Shown here in pieces: positions 61,081 through 64,000 of a DNA stretch of 64,000 nucleotides (the first letter of the stretch is position 1; every line of letters starts with the position of its first letter). The position numbers were made by a program, and so were the translations under genes. The DNA comes from Dipteris shenzhenensis (lineage: Eukaryota), in NCBI GenBank assembly GCA_047967505.1, contig CM106538.1; one strand, 5' to 3'. Below the pieces are notes generated by a model. It had not been told where the DNA came from, did not search any database, and was given only the letters and a program-made list of their open reading frames with translations.

Positions 61081-61794
61081 GAGAGAGCTTTTTGTTTCCT
61101 CTTAGGGCTGCGTCCGATTTGTGAATGCAGCCCCGTCAGCTGCAAAACTGACCCCATGTATCTTGTTTTTTCGAAGTAATATAATCAGCACTGTTTTTTC
61201 GAAAAAAAATAGTACAAACGATGGCTCCGTCCACCCGTGCGCTCCCACAATGGAGCTTAGATGGCGATCTAGACAGATACTAGGTAAAGAGCTACTAGCT
61301 AGAAGATCTCTGCTGGAAGATCTGATCTGGTACAATGGACTGAGGAGGTCGCCTCTTTATAGCTATGAGGACGGTAGTCGGATCAACGTAGTCGGTCGAA
61401 CCAACCAGGTGAAGCTGACCAGTCAACCTAGTCGGTGGAACCGACTAGTTGTCCATGGAATATTCAGAGAATATTTCCTATACCGTTGCCTCAGGGGCTC
61501 TTGCCCCCAAACCCCCACCAGGGGGCCGCTGGCCACCCTGGGACCCCCCAGCGGGCCACCAGGCCCCAACAAGAATAAGGAGCTCCTACACGATCACCTT
61601 TCTACCATGAAAGGTCTCATTGAAGACCTCATCTGACATGCAAATCAGGATCCATCCAGTGTCCGAGGCTCACACATGGCTTCTCCTCATATGGAGGCCT
61701 TACAACTTGAGCACCTTGGACCACTAGTGGTTACCAGGAGGGTGGGGCATTGAGCATATCTAACACCCCTCCTCAATGTCCACCCGTAGGTGAA

Positions 61795-64000
61795 CTACCT
61801 TCTCGGCCCAATGCCGACTCTCTGAAGATGACCCTGAAGTTGATCCTTCCCGAGTGCCTTGATGAAGATATCTGCTCCATTTTGCTCTGTTGGACAGTAG
61901 ACCAATTCCACTATCCCGTCCTCGATCAAATCACGCACATAGTGATACTGAATCTCTATATGTTTTGTGCGTGCATGCAACACTGGATTTTTAGCAATGG
62001 CCATGCAACTTTGATTGTCGCATCTTAGCACAATTGCCTCATCCTCTTGCACTCCCATGTGCCATAAGATCCTCCTCAGCCACACTGCTTCACAAGCAAC
62101 AAAACATATTGCCTTGTACTCAGCCTCGGTAGAAGACAATGCCATTGTTTATTGTTTCTTACTAATCCAAGAGAAGATACCTGAACCTAAAGAGAAACAA
62201 TATCCAGAAACTGATTTCCTAGAATCACCATCTCCAGCCCAATCTGAGTCACAATGACCAGCCAAGGAAGTGCCCGTATCATAAGTGATGCCATAATCAA
62301 GAGTGCCCTTCACATACCTGAGCATCCGCATCCCTGCATTCCAATGATTCTCCCCGGGCTTATTGGAGAACCTACTCAAAACGCCAACAACAAAACTGAT
62401 GTCCGGTCTAGTGTTGCACAAATAGATGAGACTGCCGACCAACTTCCTATACCTCCCGATGTCTACTGGGGTGGTGAGGCATCCTCCATAGACAGCCTCG
62501 TATTTGCCTCCATAGGTGTAGCTATCTCCTTGCACTCAAACATACCAAATGCCTTCAAGATCTCCTTTGCATATTTCTGCTGAGAGATGAAGATCTTGCC
62601 TGGCTCTTGCCAGACTTTAATCCCCAAACAATAGTACATCAAGCCTAAGTTTGTCATCTCAAACTCTGTGCTCAATGCCTTTCTAGTCTGCTGGATCATG
62701 TCTTCATAGTCACCTGTAATAAGGAGATCATCCACTATAGAACAATAATAGCAGATTTTCCACCTTTCCTATACACATACAAGTTAACATCTGAGGCACA
62801 TCTTTTGAAGTTTAATTTATGAAAGAATTTGTATATCCGTTGGTACCATGCTGTTGGGGCCTGTTTCAGCCCGTACAGAGCCTTCTTCAGCTTACATACA
62901 ATGGAGGGCCTCAAACCCAAGTGGCCACGTACACATCCTCCTTAAGGTCACCATTCAAGAATGCTGATTTAACATCCATTTGATAAACTGGCCACTTTTT
63001 ATGAGCAGCCACCAATAGTACTGTGCGAATAGTGGTCATTCTGGCAGTCGGGGCGAAAGATTCAAAAATTTAACCCTTCAACCTGCGAAAGTCCTTGTGC
63101 AACCAATCTGGCTTTGTACTTTTCCAAAGTCCCATCGGCCTTGTACTTTACCTTCCAAACCCACTTGGTGCCAATAACCTTTCTGTTAGGTGGTCGATCT
63201 ACTAGCTCCCAAGTTTCATTCTTCATGATGCTGTCATATTCTACTTGCATAGCATTTTTCCAATCTCGGTCTGCAAGTGCTTCCTCCAAACTTGCAAGCT
63301 CCTTTACTTCTGCAATAATCTCAACCATCAAGGCCATATTGACTATGTGAGCAGAAGCCCTCCTTTGCTCCTCGATTCTCTGAGACCGCCTTGGTCCATC
63401 TACATGCTGCTCAACAGACATAAGCATCTGGTTATCATGGTCATAGAGCTACCTTACCCATTGCCGCAATGGCTTTTCCGATGGTGTAACAACAGGTTGG
63501 TGACTTATACCTTCATCATCTGATATTTCCTCCTCCTTTATAGCTCCTAGACCAGGTCCATAGTGAAGTATCTCTTCGCTTGATGATAAAGTGGAAGAGC
63601 TTTTCTCTACCTCCACTGCATGTGGCTGCTCCCTGAACACCACATCGCGGCTCGCTATGATCTTCTTTGCCTCTCAGTCATACAGCTTATAGGCTTTCTT
63701 CTCATCACAATAGCCTAAGAAGATACATTTAGTGCTTTTTAGTTGTAGCTTGTTTCTCTCTTTGTCTGGTACATGCGCATAGCATTCACACCCAAACGTT
63801 CTGAAGTGGTAGACAGATGGCTTCTTACTGCTGTAAGCCTCATGTGGTGTTTTACCTTTAAGTGCCTTTGTATAGCTGCAATTAAGGATGTAAACCGCAA
63901 TATTGACAGCCTCAGCCCAAAAGTGGTTTGGCAATCCAGCACCTTTCAACATACACCTCCCCATCTCCACGGTGGTCCGCATTCGGCGTTCAACAACCGA
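61795..64000 (-). pseudogene. Copia Z integrase/RT/RNase H fragments
   Basis: FWAEAVN, WELVDRP..KYKARLVAQG, LYGLKQAP, DDLLITG, CDSDWAGD, KNPVLHARTKHIEIQYHYVR. Confidence 0.93.

Larger units (their letters stand above)
54052..61209 (+). mobile_element. Full-length L1-type LINE (7.16 kb)
   Basis: 16-bp TSD TAGTACAAACGATGGC at 54036-54051 and 61210-61225, A8 tail, ORF1 and ORF2, GC-rich 5' UTR. Confidence 0.96.
53940..64000 (-). mobile_element. Ty1/copia element Z (related to X) in the VSR intron; 3' LTR split by a LINE; runs off the window
   Basis: LTR ~53940-54051 plus 61226-61765, PPT (reverse complement) at 61766-61774, RT/RH/INT fragments at 61795-63982. Confidence 0.88.

Overview
Land-plant nuclear DNA (a non-seed plant such as a fern is plausible but not provable here), almost entirely nested retrotransposons. 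It contains four Ty1/copia elements plus fragments, two non-autonomous LTR elements, three Ty3/gypsy elements and a full-length L1-type LINE. The only host gene found is the last five exons of a vacuolar sorting receptor (VSR/BP-80, minus strand, 52408-53364), whose upstream intron holds a copia with the LINE inserted in its LTR. The most unusual signal is in two diverged Ty3/gypsy elements of one lineage (C, ~8724-17111 minus; E, 21269-31127 plus). Both carry small accessory ORFs upstream of gag, and at least two of these ORFs are clearly homologous at the protein level. In E the archaeal-type RNase H (aRH) is inside pol; in C it is a separate ORF upstream of gag, linked to its neighbours by TAATG stop/start overlaps. 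Separately, all six copia-type 3' ends fold the PPT/LTR junction into a hairpin loop using mostly unrelated stem sequences. All alignments and counts were made by eye; no database searches were run.
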